In this document: in pieces, positions 29,212-32,000 of the stretch
How positions within the stretch are numbered: position 1 is the first letter of the stretch
Layout of the letters: each line of letters begins with the position of its first letter
The notes under the pieces: generated by a model
Seen by the model: only the letters and a program-made list of their open reading frames with translations
Database searches by the model: none
Told to the model about the DNA's origin: nothing
DNA from: Clostridium oceanicum
Lineage (GTDB): Bacteria > Bacillota > Clostridia > Clostridiales > Clostridiaceae
NCBI RefSeq assembly: GCF_039521385.1
Contig: NZ_BAAACG010000008.1
Coordinates: forward strand, 703,438-735,437
Direction: 5' to 3'
DNA: 32,000 bases
Program-made: the position numbers and the translations under genes

Positions 29212-32000
29212 CTAATATATTTCAATAGCTGCTTCTGTATGAAATAAGTACAAATATTTTTCTATAACCTTACATCCAGTAAGTTTTTTTAGTGCTTTTT
29301 CATAATATTTTATTTGAACTTTATATCTATTTTTTATTTTTTCTAAATCATCTACATAATCTGTTTTATAATCTAATAAAACGACATTTCCATTTTCATA
29401 AAAATAGCAATCTATTGTTCCTTGAAGAATTACTCCTTCTTTAGCATGTATACTATCTTTAAGTTGATCATATATTTCATCACTTGAAACTTCAATATAA
29501 AAAGGTACTTCTCTTTTAACTTTATTAGACTTTAATATTCTTTTACCTAAATCACTTTTAAAGAAATTAAATATTTTTCTTACACTTATAATTTCTGATT
29601 GTTTTATTGTTATAAATTCTTTTTTTATAAACTCATCTATTTGATTTTTTATATTTTCATAACTATCCACTTTATTTAAATCTAAATGTTGCATAACTAA
29701 ATGAATTATAGTACCTCTTTCTGCTGCTGTTATCTTTGATGTATCTTCTAAAAATTTAGGTTTTTTTAATGAATCTATTCTAAATGGAGTAGAAGAATCT
29801 TCTTCTGATATAGTTTGAAATTGTTTTTTTATTTCTGAAACAGTTATTTTAGCAGGTATTTTAGATATATCTTTATATTTATATTCATAAGACAACTTTT
29901 CATATATATCCTTTTTATAAATACTCTCTTTTGAATTCACCATACTTGATTTAATTTTATCTATTATATCTTCACTTTCTTCTTTCTCTATTTTATTTAA
30001 TAGTGCATCTTTATTACATATTTCTATGTTCCACTTAGAGTCATCATCTATAAATGGAGATAACTCTATAGGTGACTCTAAAACTTCTCTAATTTTCACA
30101 CTATCTTTATGCTTAAAAACAGCCGCTCCTATCCAATCTAAATAAGATTTGCTATTTAAAATTATATGTTCTTGTACCTTTTCACCTTCTAATGCACTTA
30201 AACACCAATTTTCAACTTTTTTTTCTATGTTACCTGTCATTCCAGTTATTATTAATTTTTCTTTTGCTCTAGTTAGTGCTACATATAATATTCTCATTTC
30301 TTCTGATAAAGTTTCAATTTTCATTTTGTTTTTTATTATGTTTTTCATTATAGTAGGATAAGATATTCTTCTATCAGTATTTACATAGTCTGGACCATAT
30401 CCTAAATCTCTATGAAATATTATATTTCCACTAGTATCTGTCATATTAAAGTTTTTTCCTGTTCCACTTAATATAACTACAGGAAATTCAAGTCCTTTAC
30501 TTTTATGAATACTCATAATCCTTACTACATTTTCGTTTTCTCCTATTATTTTAGCGCTTCCCATATCACCACTTGTTAATTTTAATTTATTTATAAAATT
30601 TATAAAGTTGAATAATCCTTTATAACTAGTTTTTTCATACTGTTTAGCTCTTTCAAACAAGATTTTTAAATTTGCTTGTCTTTGTTCTCCTCCGGGAAGA
30701 GCTCCAACATATCCGTAATATCCAGTATCTATATATAGATACCATATAAATTCATCTATATTCATGCTTAAAGATTTATCTTTAAAAAGATTTAATCTAT
30801 CAATAAATCTTATTACCTTTTCCTTTGTTTCATAACTAATATTTTTTATAAGTTTATCTAAATCTTCTTTTTCATATATAGAATAATAACCATGTATTTC
30901 TTCATTATTAACGTATATATATATAAGTTTCATACATTCATAAAAAGGTATATTTTTATTTATCATTCTAATATCTATTAATTCTTCGTCTGAAAAGGAT
31001 GCTATAGGTGAACGCATAACTGAAAGTAGTGGTATATCTTGTATTGGATTATCAATAATCTGAAGTAATGATACTATAGTTTTTATCTCTGAACTTTCAA
31101 AGTATCCAGAATTAGTATCTGCAAATACAGGTATCCCCTCTTCATTTAATTCTTCCATAAAGGTAGGTGCCCAATTTGAAGTAGTTCTTAAAAGTATTAC
31201 TATATCCTTATACTCTATATTTCTATAAGCATCTAATCTTTTATCAAAAACTTTAAAAGGAACTTCTCTATTTAAAAGTTCTTTTATTTTTTTTGAAGCC
31301 ATTCTTCCTTCTAATTGTATATTGTCTAACACTTCATTTTCATCATCAAAGCTATTTTTATTTTCTAATTTTTCACTTTTATCCATTAAACATATATCTA
31401 TAGCTTCTCCTTTTATTTCTTCTCCATAACTTGCTCCTACTTTTAATTCTTCATCTTCTGTATAATCTAATTCTCCTATATTCTTAGACATTATTTCTTT
31501 AAATATAAAGTTAACACCATCTATTACTTCTTTTCTACTTCTAAAATTTTTAAATAATTTTATTCTTCTATTTTTGCTTTCTTTACTATCCCTATAATTA
31601 TGATATTTTTCTAAAAATATTTCTGGTTTAGCTTGCCTAAACTTATATATACTTTGTTTTACATCTCCAACCATAAATCTATTTGGTATATCTATATTCC
31701 TTTGAGGTTTTGAAAAATCAATTTTATTTTCAAAATAAACTAGTTCCCCTTTTTCTAGCTTAAAATAACAGTTAACTCTAGATACCATATTCATTATAAC
31801 TTCTTGTACTAAATTACTATCTTGATATTCATCTATTAAAACTTCTTCAAATTTTTCCCTATATAAATTAGCAACATCTGAAGGTATTATTTTATTTTCT
31901 GAATCTTTGTCTGTTAAAATTTCTAAAGCTAAGTGTTCTATATCATTAAAGTCAATTACATCTCTTTCTTTTTTCTTTTCATCATATTTTTCATCAAATA
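29212..32000 (-). CDS. addA: ATP-dependent helicase/nuclease subunit AddA (partial, N-terminus beyond right edge)
   Basis: Frame stays open beyond the listed ORF start at 31794 (upstream in frame ...IDEYQDSNLVQEVIMNMVS); NRFMVGDVKQSIYKFRQAKPEIFLEKY; IMSIHKSKGLEFPVV; nuclease motif GTIDCYFYENGNVVLLDYKTD. Confidence 0.96.
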   Translation of the reverse strand, partial: FDEKYDEKKKERDVIDFNDIEHLALEILTDKDSENKIIPSDVANLYREKFEEVLIDEYQDSNLVQEVIMNMVSRVNCYFKLEKGELVYFENKIDFSKPQRNIDIPNRFMVGDVKQSIYKFRQAKPEIFLEKYHNYRDSKESKNRRIKLFKNFRSRKEVIDGVNFIFKEIMSKNIGELDYTEDEELKVGASYGEEIKGEAIDICLMDKSEKLENKNSFDDENEVLDNIQLEGRMASKKIKELLNREVPFKVFDKRLDAYRNIEYKDIVILLRTTSNWAPTFMEELNEEGIPVFADTNSGYFESSEIKTIVSLLQIIDNPIQDIPLLSVMRSPIASFSDEELIDIRMINKNIPFYECMKLIYIYVNNEEIHGYYSIYEKEDLDKLIKNISYETKEKVIRFIDRLNLFKDKSLSMNIDEFIWYLYIDTGYYGYVGALPGGEQRQANLKILFERAKQYEKTSYKGLFNFINFINKLKLTSGDMGSAKIIGENENVVRIMSIHKSKGLEFPVVILSGTGKNFNMTDTSGNIIFHRDLGYGPDYVNTDRRISYPTIMKNIIKNKMKIETLSEEMRILYVALTRAKEKLIITGMTGNIEKKVENWCLSALEGEKVQEHIILNSKSYLDWIGAAVFKHKDSVKIREVLESPIELSPFIDDDSKWNIEICNKDALLNKIEKEESEDIIDKIKSSMVNSKESIYKKDIYEKLSYEYKYKDISKIPAKITVSEIKKQFQTISEEDSSTPFRIDSLKKPKFLEDTSKITAAERGTIIHLVMQHLDLNKVDSYENIKNQIDEFIKKEFITIKQSEIISVRKIFNFFKSDLGKRILKSNKVKREVPFYIEVSSDEIYDQLKDSIHAKEGVILQGTIDCYFYENGNVVLLDYKTDYVDDLEKIKNRYKVQIKYYEKALKKLTGCKVIEKYLYLFHTEAAIEIY

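Noticed and set aside
1-32000. CRISPR array, IS element or prophage
   Set aside because: No regularly spaced direct repeats, transposase, integrase or phage structural proteins found on either strand.

Overview
AT-rich Firmicute (Clostridium-like; species is inference) chromosomal window, mostly ordinary housekeeping genes. Contents from left to right: partial PIN/PhoH-family gene running off the left edge (-); tRNA-Glu(CTC) (-); small Cys-rich DUF1540-like ORF absent from the ORF track (+); YitT-family membrane protein (-); an LdcA-like peptidase, NUDIX hydrolase, SbcC and SbcD cluster (-); small membrane protein (-); TPM-domain and LemA-family pair (-); MocR/GntR-aminotransferase regulator (-); D-Ala-D-Ala ligase (-); TPP-riboswitch-led thiD-cytX-thiM-thiE salvage operon (+); arsR-acr3-arsC arsenic operon (-); membrane-anchored SAM methyltransferase (-); amino-acid ABC binding protein and permease without an adjacent ATPase (+); CWB2 cell-wall protein with an IseA-like C-terminus (-); patatin-like protein (+); PepT (-); chemotaxis receptor with a C-terminal Cache-like domain (-); and a partial AddA that runs off the right edge (-). 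No mobile element, CRISPR array or recognisable defence system was found. The most interesting unexplained signal is a ~115-130 nt imperfect palindrome of higher GC at 29070-29198, between addA and the chemotaxis receptor. It could be a structured RNA or a small dispersed repeat.
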